Source: Nitrospinaceae bacterium
GTDB taxonomy: Bacteria; Nitrospinota; Nitrospinia; Nitrospinales; Nitrospinaceae
NCBI GenBank assembly: GCA_965223665.1
Contig: OZ245011.1
Location: forward strand, 3,680,001 to 3,744,000
Direction of reading: 5' to 3'
DNA: 64,000 nucleotides
Part shown: in pieces, positions 51,799 through 61,546 of the stretch
Layout of the letters: each line of letters starts with the position of its first letter
Position numbering within the stretch: position 1 is the stretch's first letter
Position numbers and translations under genes: made by a program
The notes under the pieces: model-generated
What the model was told of the DNA's origin: nothing
The model's database searches: none
What the model saw: only the letters and a program-made list of their open reading frames with translations

Positions 51799-51814
51799 TG
51801 GCAAAGGAATTGCA
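51799..51814 (+). promoter_or_regulatory. Sigma-54 (-24/-12) promoter
   Basis: TGGCAAAGGAATTGCA versus consensus TGGCAC-N5-TTGCW: correct spacing, one mismatch. Confidence 0.6.
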
Positions 51815-52316
51815 CCAAATAAATTGCGAATAAGGTAAATTTTAGGTGGGATTGCTTCTAGGTTTGAGTGAATTTGAACCTGTTTATGCTCTCTTGTGCT
51901 CAGTTGTTTATTGCAAACTGGAAAATGTTCCGTATAGGTTTGCAATTTAGAGATCATTTTAAGAACATTTTTGGATATTTCCTAGGTGTTTTCTTGCCAA
52001 AGTTTTAGTCCATTAGTTTCACAACTTTTAGTTTAGATTTTGAGGGATATTAAATATTCTAAACTTCCCATTCGCTGATTACTTTAAAAACAAATTTATT
52101 GAACTCCAACAAAACGTATTAGTTTTTTAGTCAAACAATATACATTTTAAGTTGGTGTAGCTTTTTTTGGGGAATTAGAGTCTATTGTTTTTGCTTGCCC
52201 AAATTAAGACAAGTTAAACGTATAAATAATATTTTTTAAGCGGTTTAGATTCTGCTGGAAAATTTTGTTGCCTCGAGAATTTTTACAAACAATTTGCGCA
52301 AAAAAAGGATAGAACC

Positions 52317-53645
52317 ATGCAGGCTTATAAAAAAAATTCTAAGTTTTTTTCTACCATTCTTTTTTCCTGTTTCATTGCCTTAAGCTTTTTCCTCCATGGA
52401 TTGGCTCACGCACAAGATACTGAATATTTTGTAAATGTTAAAGATTTTGGCGCTAAAGGAGATGGGATTAACAACGACACTCAAGAAATACAAGCAGCTA
52501 TTAATTCATTATATGTTGATGGAAAAGGAGGTACCGTATATTTACCTCCGGGTAAGTATAGAATAGTAGGAACTGTAGGCTCTGGAGACACATATCAAGG
52601 AAGTACTATAAGGAACGGATTATATTTAAGAGAAAAAACAGGAACTCTTAATCGGCCGACGAATATTATTTCAGGGCTTAATAATCGTATAACCATAAGG
52701 GGAGCAGGTAAATCTACTGTTCTGGTAGGTGATTCAGATAATTTATTTATTATTAGAGTTTCAACTGGCTACGCAACGATTAAAGACCTAACAATAGATG
52801 GGGGGGTCTCGGTAGGGGACTTTACTTCCAAGGTTGTAGGAATCGCCATGGTTCCTGAGAATATGCAAAGTTCTTCTACTCTTACGGATATTAGCTATAA
52901 CGTTGTAGATAATGTACATATTGGCAACACTCAAGAAGGTATTTTAATGAGTTGTGGTCCAACTCGAGGTGAAAGTTTCTGTTATTGGAATTCCTTTTCC
53001 AATGTTTCTTTAAGAGATATGGTTCGAGGAATTTACATGAAAAGTGGTGTAAATGGTTCTCCAAGTATCAATAGGAACATGTTCTCGAATATCAATATGA
53101 ACACTATGAATGTAGGGTTTCATATTGAAAGTGGAGATACCAACACTTGCATGCACTGTACGTTCACAGATATTACGGTTGAAGGTTCCGGTGCGCCCAA
53201 ATCAACTGCCTCGGCTATTGTGATTGATTTTATGGATCAATGGAATCGTTGGGGAAATTCGAGCAATAGATTTTATAACGCCGTATTTGAAGGAAATGAA
53301 CGGGATATTGAAAACGCAGCGGATCGAACTGAGTTTTATGGAATTGAAACGGACCTAGATGGTGGAAAAAACTTATGGTCCCGAAGTCCAATGGCCATGA
53401 TTGGTACCAACGGATTTTTTTCAAAATGGCCCGGGTTATTTGTTGGTTATAAAACTATGGACCCATCTTCAAAGGTGGCTTTAGGTGTTCGATCGGGTTC
53501 TCAGGGATTTCTGCCACCTGTTATGAGCACAACTCAAAGAAATAACATGGGATCTGTTCCGGAGGGGTTGATTATTTATAACAGTTCTACAAAGAAACTA
53601 AATATTTTTTCTAATGGGGCTTGGAGGGCCTTTGTAAACCAATAA
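52317..53645 (+). CDS. Secreted right-handed beta-helix protein, paralog 2
   Basis: Signal peptide (..LAHA-Q); VNVKDFGAKGDG..DTQEIQAAI; ESGDTNTCMHC; C-terminal GFLPPVMSTTQRN..GLIIYN module. Confidence 0.87.
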   Translation: MQAYKKNSKFFSTILFSCFIALSFFLHGLAHAQDTEYFVNVKDFGAKGDGINNDTQEIQAAINSLYVDGKGGTVYLPPGKYRIVGTVGSGDTYQGSTIRNGLYLREKTGTLNRPTNIISGLNNRITIRGAGKSTVLVGDSDNLFIIRVSTGYATIKDLTIDGGVSVGDFTSKVVGIAMVPENMQSSSTLTDISYNVVDNVHIGNTQEGILMSCGPTRGESFCYWNSFSNVSLRDMVRGIYMKSGVNGSPSINRNMFSNINMNTMNVGFHIESGDTNTCMHCTFTDITVEGSGAPKSTASAIVIDFMDQWNRWGNSSNRFYNAVFEGNERDIENAADRTEFYGIETDLDGGKNLWSRSPMAMIGTNGFFSKWPGLFVGYKTMDPSSKVALGVRSGSQGFLPPVMSTTQRNNMGSVPEGLIIYNSSTKKLNIFSNGAWRAFVNQ

Positions 53646-53716
53646 GTCTAGCCAATTTTTATCTATTTTCTAGGCAAAGAATTCACTTAAGTAATGTTAA
53701 ATAAGAGGAATTAAAA

Positions 53717-56700
53717 ATGTTTAAAATTAAATTGGCAAATTTCCTTAAAGGGTATTTGGTTTTTGGCCTTTTCCTTACGGTACTTTCTCAACAAGCTTTT
53801 GCTGATGTTCAGCAGTTTTTGGACGGTGTTTACCCTGACTCTAGTTACTCCGGAACCAGGGACGCTTATCTCCAGGAAACTCGACCTAATGATGAATTTG
53901 GTACTTTGACTACCTTAAGAGCCGATGGGGAAAGTACCGAAAACGGTCAAACGGGCGAATACGTTTCAGTTATTAAATGGGATGTTTCCAGTATACCTTC
54001 AAATGCAATAATTAATTCAGTATCTATCCGCTTTGATGTTTCTAACTCAAGTTCTGGTACTTACAATGTATATAAAGTAAATAATAGCTGGACAGAAGTT
54101 GAAGTTGATTGGAATGATATTCCTGGAGCTTCTGGTGGTTCTGGGACCACAGTTTTAGGAAGTTTTAATCCAAGTACCACTGGGCTAAGATCTTTTTCAT
54201 TAAATTCCTCGGGAATTCAAGTAGTTCAGGATTGGGTAAGTGGGGCTTCAACAAATGATGGAATAATGATTAGAAGCGGGGGGACCACTGATGGAGTTGT
54301 TTTTGGCTCAAGAGAGGCTTCTCCTTCTGATCGTCCTAGGCTTACAATTGATTTTACCGTCCCTCCACCAGATGAAAATAATATTGTTGAGTTTTTAGAT
54401 GGTGTTCATCCGGATTCAAGTTATAGCGGTACTCAAGATTCCTATTTGAGGGAAACTCAACCTACCACGGAGTTTGGAAATCAAACTATTATAAGTGCAG
54501 ATGGATCAGATACTAGTGGTGGTCAAACGGGAGAATTGGTGGGGATAATAAAATGGGATATTTCTAGTATTCCTTCAAGTGCCGTGGTTAATTCAGTTAG
54601 CCTCCGTTTTGACATTACTAATGTAAGCCCAGGGGCTTATGATTTGTATGCAGTGAATACATCCTGGACAGAAGCGGGTGCAAATTGGAGTAATGTTATA
54701 GGAGCAGGAGGGGCTGGGTCTACTATCTTGGGAAGCTTTACTCCAAGCAGTACAGGACTTCAATCAATAAATTTGAATTCTGCAGGTGTTCAAGTAGTTC
54801 AAGGCTGGGTAAATAACTCCTCCACAAATAATGGATTTCTAATTCGCACAGCTGGTACTAATAATGGGGTTGATTTTTGGTCCAGCGAAGCCTCTGTTTC
54901 AGATAGACCAAAACTGACAATTGATTATGATTCTTCAGGGGGAGGAGGAGGTACTCCAGAAGATTTTACGGTGAATTTTTCCGATGGTACTCACCCCAAT
55001 TCGAGCTATAACGGGACAAGAGATGCCTATATTAGAGAGACGCAACCGAATGACGAATTCGGGACCGAATCTATTTTGCGTGCCGATGGATCCGATACAT
55101 CGGGTGGTCAAACCGGTGAATTGGCAAGTGTTATAAAATGGGATATGTCTTCTATTCCCACAGACTCAGTAGTGACTTCAGTTTCGATCCGATTTGATGT
55201 TTCTAATCAAAGTCCCGGAGCATATAATTTATATCAAGTCAATTTGCCCTGGACGGAAATCGAAATAGATTGGAACGATATTATTGGAACTTCTGGCGGA
55301 GCGGGAACTACCGTATTGGGAAGCTTTACTCCTAGCTCGACAGGACTTAATAACTTTACATTAAATAATTCAGGGATCCAAGTGGTTCAAGGTTGGGTCA
55401 ATAACCCCTCATCTAATAATGGGTTTTTGATTCGGAGTGCAGGGACCAATGATGGGGTGACGTTCTGGTCGCGTGAGGGAAATGTTGCAGACCGACCTCG
55501 GATAACTATTAATTATTCCAGTTCCGGCGGTGGAGGTGGAGGCTCTGGACCTGATACCACTCCACCTGTAGTTACAGCACCCCCTGATGTGACAGCCAAT
55601 TCGACGGGAACCTTAACTCAGGTAAATATTGGTACTGCTACAGCAACGGATAATGTTGAGGTTGCTTCAATTACTAATAATGCTCCTTCAGGAGGATATC
55701 CATTAGGGACGACAGTAGTAACTTGGACTGCCACAGATACTTCTGGTAATACAGGTACTGATACGCAATCCGTTACCGTGATTGATGGTCCTACGTCATC
55801 CACTACTGAGTATTTTGTTAATGTAAAAGATTTTGGCGCTACAGGAAATGGTGTGACCAATGATAGACCTGCCATTCAAGCTGCAATAGATTCTCTTTAT
55901 ACCAATAGCATTGGTGGTGGAACCGTGTATTTCCCACCAGGCACCTATCGTATATTTGCCACCTCTGGCTCTGGTGATATTTATCAGGGTGGAGTCATGA
56001 GAAATGGAATTCTTCTGCGTGATGAGAATGGTTCGAGTGAACATCCTTATGAAAACAATCGAATTAACCGCATTACGTTGCGTGGGGCAGGTAAAAGTTC
56101 TGTTTTAATAGGAAGTGGGGATACAAGAATGTTTATCATTCGTATTGCCACAAGCTATGTGACGATTAAAGACTTATATATTCGTGGAGGTATTGACTAT
56201 AAAACCTTTGGACGCAGGGTAATTGGGATTGGAATTGTTCCTGAAAACATGGGAAGTTCAAGCACCCCAGCCCACTTAAGTTACAATGTGATTGATAACG
56301 TAACTGTTACAGACTCCCAGGAAGGTGTCCTTATGATGTGTGGGCCGGGAGTTAGTGGAAGCCATTGTGGACACAATATGTTTAACAACCTTTCACTAAG
56401 GTTGATGACTCGCGGAATTTATATGGCAAGTGGAGTTCAAGGATCCTTGGGGAATTCGGCAAATGTAATTCGCAATGCGGGATTCAATTTTATGAATGTT
56501 GGATTACATATTGAAAGTGGCGATCATAATACTTGTTTTCACTGTTCCATAAACGATATTGAATTGACAGAAAGTCCTTATAATGGAGGGGTTCCCAAAC
56601 AAACTGCTACCTCAGTTGTAATTGAGGATCTTGACAAATGGAACCTTTGGGCAAATGTTAATAATCGTATTTATAATCTACCAAGCGAACATAATTCTCG

Positions 56701-57049
56701 GGATATTGAAAATGAGAGTTCCACCACTGAAATTTATGGAGCTTCTGGAGTTTCACTTGGAAAAACTAAATGGACTGAACCTCCTCAATTTATGACGAGT
56801 ACCAAAGGAAGTTATGTGAACAATAGTAGTGTAATTATTGGAGACTCTGGATTTGGTACTCCCCATCCTAATGTCATATTGGGGGTTTATTCAACAAGTA
56901 AAGGATTTCTCCCTCCAGGGTTATTTGCTACCCAAATAAGTGGAATGGGGACTTCCTCATTGCCTGAGGGATTAGTTATTTTTAATCGGAGTACAGGGAA
57001 TTTGCAAGTGTTTGATGGAAATCAATGGAGAGTTCAAGCACTTGAGTAA
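53717..57049 (+). CDS. Large secreted protein: 3x DNRLRE/CBM96-like + HYR + beta-helix (paralog 3)
   Basis: Signal peptide; three ~190-aa repeats (DAYL.E..P..EFG...IKWD.SSIP...SRE...RP.LTI); HYR DTTPPVVTAP..YPLGTTVVTWTATD; VNVKDFGATGNG beta-helix; GFLPP tail. Confidence 0.87.
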   Translation: MFKIKLANFLKGYLVFGLFLTVLSQQAFADVQQFLDGVYPDSSYSGTRDAYLQETRPNDEFGTLTTLRADGESTENGQTGEYVSVIKWDVSSIPSNAIINSVSIRFDVSNSSSGTYNVYKVNNSWTEVEVDWNDIPGASGGSGTTVLGSFNPSTTGLRSFSLNSSGIQVVQDWVSGASTNDGIMIRSGGTTDGVVFGSREASPSDRPRLTIDFTVPPPDENNIVEFLDGVHPDSSYSGTQDSYLRETQPTTEFGNQTIISADGSDTSGGQTGELVGIIKWDISSIPSSAVVNSVSLRFDITNVSPGAYDLYAVNTSWTEAGANWSNVIGAGGAGSTILGSFTPSSTGLQSINLNSAGVQVVQGWVNNSSTNNGFLIRTAGTNNGVDFWSSEASVSDRPKLTIDYDSSGGGGGTPEDFTVNFSDGTHPNSSYNGTRDAYIRETQPNDEFGTESILRADGSDTSGGQTGELASVIKWDMSSIPTDSVVTSVSIRFDVSNQSPGAYNLYQVNLPWTEIEIDWNDIIGTSGGAGTTVLGSFTPSSTGLNNFTLNNSGIQVVQGWVNNPSSNNGFLIRSAGTNDGVTFWSREGNVADRPRITINYSSSGGGGGGSGPDTTPPVVTAPPDVTANSTGTLTQVNIGTATATDNVEVASITNNAPSGGYPLGTTVVTWTATDTSGNTGTDTQSVTVIDGPTSSTTEYFVNVKDFGATGNGVTNDRPAIQAAIDSLYTNSIGGGTVYFPPGTYRIFATSGSGDIYQGGVMRNGILLRDENGSSEHPYENNRINRITLRGAGKSSVLIGSGDTRMFIIRIATSYVTIKDLYIRGGIDYKTFGRRVIGIGIVPENMGSSSTPAHLSYNVIDNVTVTDSQEGVLMMCGPGVSGSHCGHNMFNNLSLRLMTRGIYMASGVQGSLGNSANVIRNAGFNFMNVGLHIESGDHNTCFHCSINDIELTESPYNGGVPKQTATSVVIEDLDKWNLWANVNNRIYNLPSEHNSRDIENESSTTEIYGASGVSLGKTKWTEPPQFMTSTKGSYVNNSSVIIGDSGFGTPHPNVILGVYSTSKGFLPPGLFATQISGMGTSSLPEGLVIFNRSTGNLQVFDGNQWRVQALE
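53807..55520 (+). repeat. Three intragenic DNRLRE-like domain repeats
   Basis: Units start near 53807, 54382 and 54968 (FLDGVYPDSSYSGT / FLDGVHPDSSYSGT / FSDGTHPNSSYNGT), joined by Pro- or Gly-rich linkers. Confidence 0.85.
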
Positions 57050-57078
57050 AAGTTTGAATTTTAAATTGATAAGACGTT

Positions 57079-57120
57079 AAAAATGCTTAATCTATTAATA
57101 AAGGATTAAGCATTTTTTTT
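57079..57120 (+). terminator. Rho-independent terminator
   Basis: AAAAATGCTTAATC...GATTAAGCATTTTTTTT after the 57049 stop. Confidence 0.75.
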
Positions 57121-57161
57121 ATGGTTTTTGGTTTCAATTAATTTAAATTAGACAATCGCCA

Positions 57162-57902
57162 TTGGTCAAAAGTATGGGAAAATTAATAGGTTCATTATTC
57201 AGAGTTTTTTGCGTTTTGTTCATGGTTGTTTGCCTTCTTGGTAAGGTGAGTTTGGGTCATGCGAATGCGTCAAGAGTCTTTAGTGGTATTAAGAAAGAGC
57301 AAGGCAAAGTAAAAATAAATGTTAAAGATATTCCCTTAATGCAGGTTTTGGAAATGGTTAACTACCATAGTGGAATTAACTTCCAAGGGTATTCTGAGCA
57401 TTTTGACAAAAAAGTTACTGTGCAGATAGATGCTAATACATGGCCAGAAGCGATAAGAGAATTATTAATTGACTTTGGGAAAATTGAGATTGGTGATGGA
57501 AAAAATCTAAAGTCTGTTTGGTTATTGGGGGGAAATAATAGTGGAGGACCAGTTTGGGTTAACAGTTCAGGCTATGGAGAAAAAGGTGTAAAATCCCAAA
57601 ACTTAACTTCAAAAAACAACAAAAACTCCATAAAATCTGCCTCACGTATCCCCCAAAGTTCATTAAATTCGCCACAATTATTTAGTAAACTAAAACAAAT
57701 AAGTAAACTTTCTTATAATGATCCCATTCCAGAGACTTTAATAGGAGATAAAGATCTAATGCCTTTTTTTAGGCAATTTGGAATTAGGTCGGCAAGTGAT
57801 TTAAAAAATAAAAAACAGGCCCATCGTCTAAAAAAAATGGCTAAACGACGGGTTCAAGCGATGGAAGAAATATCAAGATCTCAAAAATCTAAGGTAAATT
57901 AG
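57162..57902 (+). CDS. Exported protein with STN/secretin-N-like domain and basic tail
   Basis: Signal peptide (..GHANA); VKINVKDIPLMQVLEMV...VTVQIDANTWPEAIRELL resembles the STN/N0 pattern. Confidence 0.55.
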   Translation: MVKSMGKLIGSLFRVFCVLFMVVCLLGKVSLGHANASRVFSGIKKEQGKVKINVKDIPLMQVLEMVNYHSGINFQGYSEHFDKKVTVQIDANTWPEAIRELLIDFGKIEIGDGKNLKSVWLLGGNNSGGPVWVNSSGYGEKGVKSQNLTSKNNKNSIKSASRIPQSSLNSPQLFSKLKQISKLSYNDPIPETLIGDKDLMPFFRQFGIRSASDLKNKKQAHRLKKMAKRRVQAMEEISRSQKSKVN

Positions 57903-58233
57903 ATTTTTTTTGAAGAAAATGTTTAGTTTTTATTTTTTAAATTTGTGGGGTAAAATTAGAGGCCCAATTGGGGAATAATCATTTGGAAAAGCCTAAAAAA
58001 TTTGAACTTTTTTACCCAATTAGTGTTTTTAAATCCTCATTCTCTTTCTTTCGATAATTCAAATGATTTAACCTTTTAATGGTTTGGCGTGGTATTTATA
58101 TTTGATTTTAAAGGCTTTTCCTTTGTGATTCACCTTTATAATTCTTGCTGAAAAAGATATAATAAATAGATTTACCAAATTGTAAATTTAAATCAGCCTT
58201 TTTTGGGGCTATTTCTATTGGGGGAACTCAACA

Positions 58234-60423
58234 GTGAAGTCGAATGAAATGAGTCACAGTGAAATCGGGTTCAATGATTTAATAAAAATGATTTTTAAGA
58301 GGAAAGTGACTCTGGGTCTATTTATTTTGATTCCTATGATTTTCTCGGTAGTTTACTCCTATACCATGACCCCAATCTACTCGGCCCAAGCACAGGTTCT
58401 TATAGAGGGAAATTCCAATCAAACGGCTACTCTAGAGCAAATTTTAAGAAAGCAAACTCGAGAAGTTAATTTTCTTGAAACTCAATACGTCTTATTAAAA
58501 AGCCGCGCTTTAATAAAAAGCGTTATCCAAAAACTTGAGTTGGAAGATAGTGACGAATTTAAGCCAAAAGAAAAGTTGATTTCTTTTGAACCAATAAAAG
58601 ATGCCCTGAGATGGGTTATCAATTTGATTATTTCAAAGGAACCGGAAGAGATAAGTGATGAAAGTTCCACGGACCCTTATACAAAACTTATAAATACTTT
58701 TTTGAAGCGGTTGACCATTTCCCCAGTACGTAAAACACAAGTGGTTAATGTAGCTTACCAAGGTTATTCTCCGGAACTGGCAGCTAAAATTGTTAATACC
58801 CTTTGTGAAACTTTTATTGAAAAGAATATTGAATTAAAAAGCACCATAGACCAGGGGACCGGGGAATGGTTAAGAAAAAGGGTAAAAGAGGTTAACGAAG
58901 AATTAAAAGAATCTGAGCTTGCTTTGCAAAAATATAAAGAAGAACATGAAGCTCTGGAACTTGAAGAAAAACGAGGCTTTGCAAATCAAAAATTAGGTAG
59001 AATTTTAAGAGATATTTCTGTCGCCAAGTCGGAGCGATTACGTTGGGAAGCCATTAGAAATCAGGTTTTAAAAATGAAGCGCGATCCTAAGGAAATGCTT
59101 CAGTCTTTACCTGATGAGCTGAAGTCAGAAAACGTTGTTCGTCTAAGAAAAGAGTATATTGCTTATCAACAAGAATTAACAGTTCTTTCTAAATCATATG
59201 GTTCTTCTCACCCTACCATTATCACTCTAAAAGCAAAAATTGATGCCATCGAGAAAAGAATTCCTGATGAGATGAACCGAGTATTACGCAGTGTGAATAA
59301 TGAATACGAAGCGGCTAGAGAAAAAGAGAATATTATGCAGTCGGCTTTGGATGATATGAAGAAAAGGGCTATCAAGGCAGACAAGGAAACAATTGAATAC
59401 ACAAGTTTGAAGCATGAAGTGGAAGCTAATAAAAAACTATTTGATTTGTTATTGAATAGAATGAAGCAAATTAATGTTAGGTCACAAATTAGCGAAACAA
59501 ATATTAGAGTTGTTGATACTGCGGAAGTACCTTTAATTCCAGTAAAACCGAATAAAGTTTTGAACTTATTGATTGCTATTGCCCTTGGATTTTTAGGTGG
59601 GTTTTTATTTGTTTCTTATAAAGAGCTTCAAGATAAAACCGTGAAATCTGAGAATCAGTTAGAAAACTCATTGCCTTTCCCAGTATTAGGAACTGTGAGT
59701 ACCCTAAGTGGAAAAAAGGATAAACGATTTCCAATTTTAAATATAAATTCACGGACAGGTTCGGAGTTCCGGGATATGGTAACCAACCTCCGTTGGATTC
59801 TTGCTGAACCACACAGAGTAATTATGGTGACTAGTACCTTGTGTGGAGAAGGGAAGGCAACTGTAGCAGCTAATTTAGCTGTGGGAATTGCTCAGGTTGG
59901 GAAAAGAGTTTTATTGGTGGATGCAGATTTAAGGCAACCTAAATTGAATGCATTCTTTAAAACTAAGCCGTCGCCGGGATTAGCCGATCTACTTCAGGAT
60001 GTTCAGTCCATCCAAAATGTGGGTCAAGAAACTAAATTCAAAGGTCTCTGGGTTCTTCCTACAGGCACTGTTGGCCCGAACTCATATATTTTTCAGGATT
60101 TATTCAATCCAGAGAAGTTTAAAAAAGTAATTTCTTTTGTAAGGCAAAAATTTGATGTTGTATTACTTGTGACTTCGCCAGCTAAAAAATTCTCGGATGC
60201 TTCATTTATTGAGAAATTTTGTGATGGAATTATTTATGTCGTCGAAGCCGGTAAGAATGACCCCAAAACCATTGAACGGGCTATTGAACAGTTATCAAAA
60301 GCTCCGGCATTATCTGCTGCAACAGATTTTCTGAATGGAAACGGAGTCCGGGATGATGATGGCCATGGAATCAATGGTGAATCCCTTCGTCGAATTGGTC
60401 TAGTACTTAATAAAGTTGATTAA
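58234..60423 (+). CDS. wzc: Wzc/GumC-type polysaccharide co-polymerase with degenerate tyrosine-kinase domain
   Basis: Two TMs, TPIYSAQAQV, coiled coil, VVDTAEVP..PVKPNK; cytoplasmic GEGKAT and VDADLR. Confidence 0.88.
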   Translation: MKSNEMSHSEIGFNDLIKMIFKRKVTLGLFILIPMIFSVVYSYTMTPIYSAQAQVLIEGNSNQTATLEQILRKQTREVNFLETQYVLLKSRALIKSVIQKLELEDSDEFKPKEKLISFEPIKDALRWVINLIISKEPEEISDESSTDPYTKLINTFLKRLTISPVRKTQVVNVAYQGYSPELAAKIVNTLCETFIEKNIELKSTIDQGTGEWLRKRVKEVNEELKESELALQKYKEEHEALELEEKRGFANQKLGRILRDISVAKSERLRWEAIRNQVLKMKRDPKEMLQSLPDELKSENVVRLRKEYIAYQQELTVLSKSYGSSHPTIITLKAKIDAIEKRIPDEMNRVLRSVNNEYEAAREKENIMQSALDDMKKRAIKADKETIEYTSLKHEVEANKKLFDLLLNRMKQINVRSQISETNIRVVDTAEVPLIPVKPNKVLNLLIAIALGFLGGFLFVSYKELQDKTVKSENQLENSLPFPVLGTVSTLSGKKDKRFPILNINSRTGSEFRDMVTNLRWILAEPHRVIMVTSTLCGEGKATVAANLAVGIAQVGKRVLLVDADLRQPKLNAFFKTKPSPGLADLLQDVQSIQNVGQETKFKGLWVLPTGTVGPNSYIFQDLFNPEKFKKVISFVRQKFDVVLLVTSPAKKFSDASFIEKFCDGIIYVVEAGKNDPKTIERAIEQLSKAPALSAATDFLNGNGVRDDDGHGINGESLRRIGLVLNKVD

Positions 60424-60456
60424 TATAAATAGTAATAGAGAGTAAAACGCTAAATT

Positions 60457-61485
60457 ATGAAATTACTGGTTACTGGTACTGCCGGTTTTGTAGGATATTT
60501 TACAGCAAAAAATCTTTTAAATTCGGGGCACGAAATTGTAGGGGTTGATAACATAAATGATTATTATGATATCAGTCTTAAATACGACCGTTTAAATAAT
60601 TTAAAAGAGTATTCTAATTTTATTTTTTATAAAAAGGACTTATCAGATTTAGATTCGGTTAATGAAATATTCAAAAAAGAGAAACCTCAGAGAGTTATTC
60701 ATCTTGCTGCACAACCGGGTGTACGCTATTCGTTAAAATATCCAGAAAAATATATTCAAAGCAACATTGTTGCTTTTATGAATTTGCTTGAGGCTTGCCG
60801 CAACTTTGGAATTGAGCATTTGGCATACGCTTCTTCCAGTTCTGTTTATGGGTTGAACGGTACTTATCCTCTTTCTGTGAAAGATAATGTGGACCACCCT
60901 GTTTCCTTATATGCGGCGACCAAAAAAAGCAATGAATTAATGGCGCATACATACTCTCATCTCTTTAATATTCCAACCACAGGATTACGTTTTTTTACAG
61001 TTTACGGACCGATGGGGCGACCCGACATGGCGTACTTCTCTTTTGCCAAAAGAATTATTGAAGGGCAACCCATAGAAGTATTTAATGAAGGTAAAATGTT
61101 TAGGGATTTTACTTATATTGACGATATTGTGGAGGGAGTTATTCGAGTTGCTATGAAAGTTCCTGAGTCTAACCCTGCTTGGGATTCTAAAAACCCTGAT
61201 CCAAGCTCATCGCTGGCCCCTTACCGTGTCTATAATATAGGATGTAACTCTCCAGTAAATTTAATGGATTTTATCCGGGAAATAGAAAAGAATCTTGGTA
61301 AACAAGCGAATATGAAATTTTTGCCGATGCAGCCAGGTGATGTTGTTAAAACTCATGCAGATGTTGATGATTTGGTTCGTGATTTAGATTATAAACCCAA
61401 AATAGATTACCGGACCGGAGTTAGAAAGTTTATTGAATGGTTTGTTGAGTACTGGGAATCAGAAAAAAGCAATGTTCAGGCCTGA
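60457..61485 (+). CDS. NAD-dependent epimerase, UDP-glucuronate 4-epimerase family
   Basis: VTGTAGFVG, HLAAQPGVRYS, ASSSSVYG, YAATKK, GLRFFTVYGP.GRPDMA, MQPGDV. Confidence 0.93.
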   Translation: MKLLVTGTAGFVGYFTAKNLLNSGHEIVGVDNINDYYDISLKYDRLNNLKEYSNFIFYKKDLSDLDSVNEIFKKEKPQRVIHLAAQPGVRYSLKYPEKYIQSNIVAFMNLLEACRNFGIEHLAYASSSSVYGLNGTYPLSVKDNVDHPVSLYAATKKSNELMAHTYSHLFNIPTTGLRFFTVYGPMGRPDMAYFSFAKRIIEGQPIEVFNEGKMFRDFTYIDDIVEGVIRVAMKVPESNPAWDSKNPDPSSSLAPYRVYNIGCNSPVNLMDFIREIEKNLGKQANMKFLPMQPGDVVKTHADVDDLVRDLDYKPKIDYRTGVRKFIEWFVEYWESEKSNVQA

Positions 61486-61546
61486 TTATTTAGCGCCCCC
61501 TCCCAAAAAGTTTCCTTTAAAAATATATTTGAGTAATTAAATAATA

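Noticed and set aside
35224-57049. Prophage, suggested by the tailspike-like beta-helix genes
   Set aside because: All three have signal peptides, and no integrase, terminase, capsid or other phage genes are visible.
58085-58100. Sigma-54-like TGGCGTGGTATTTATA before wzc
   Set aside because: The -12 GC element is missing.
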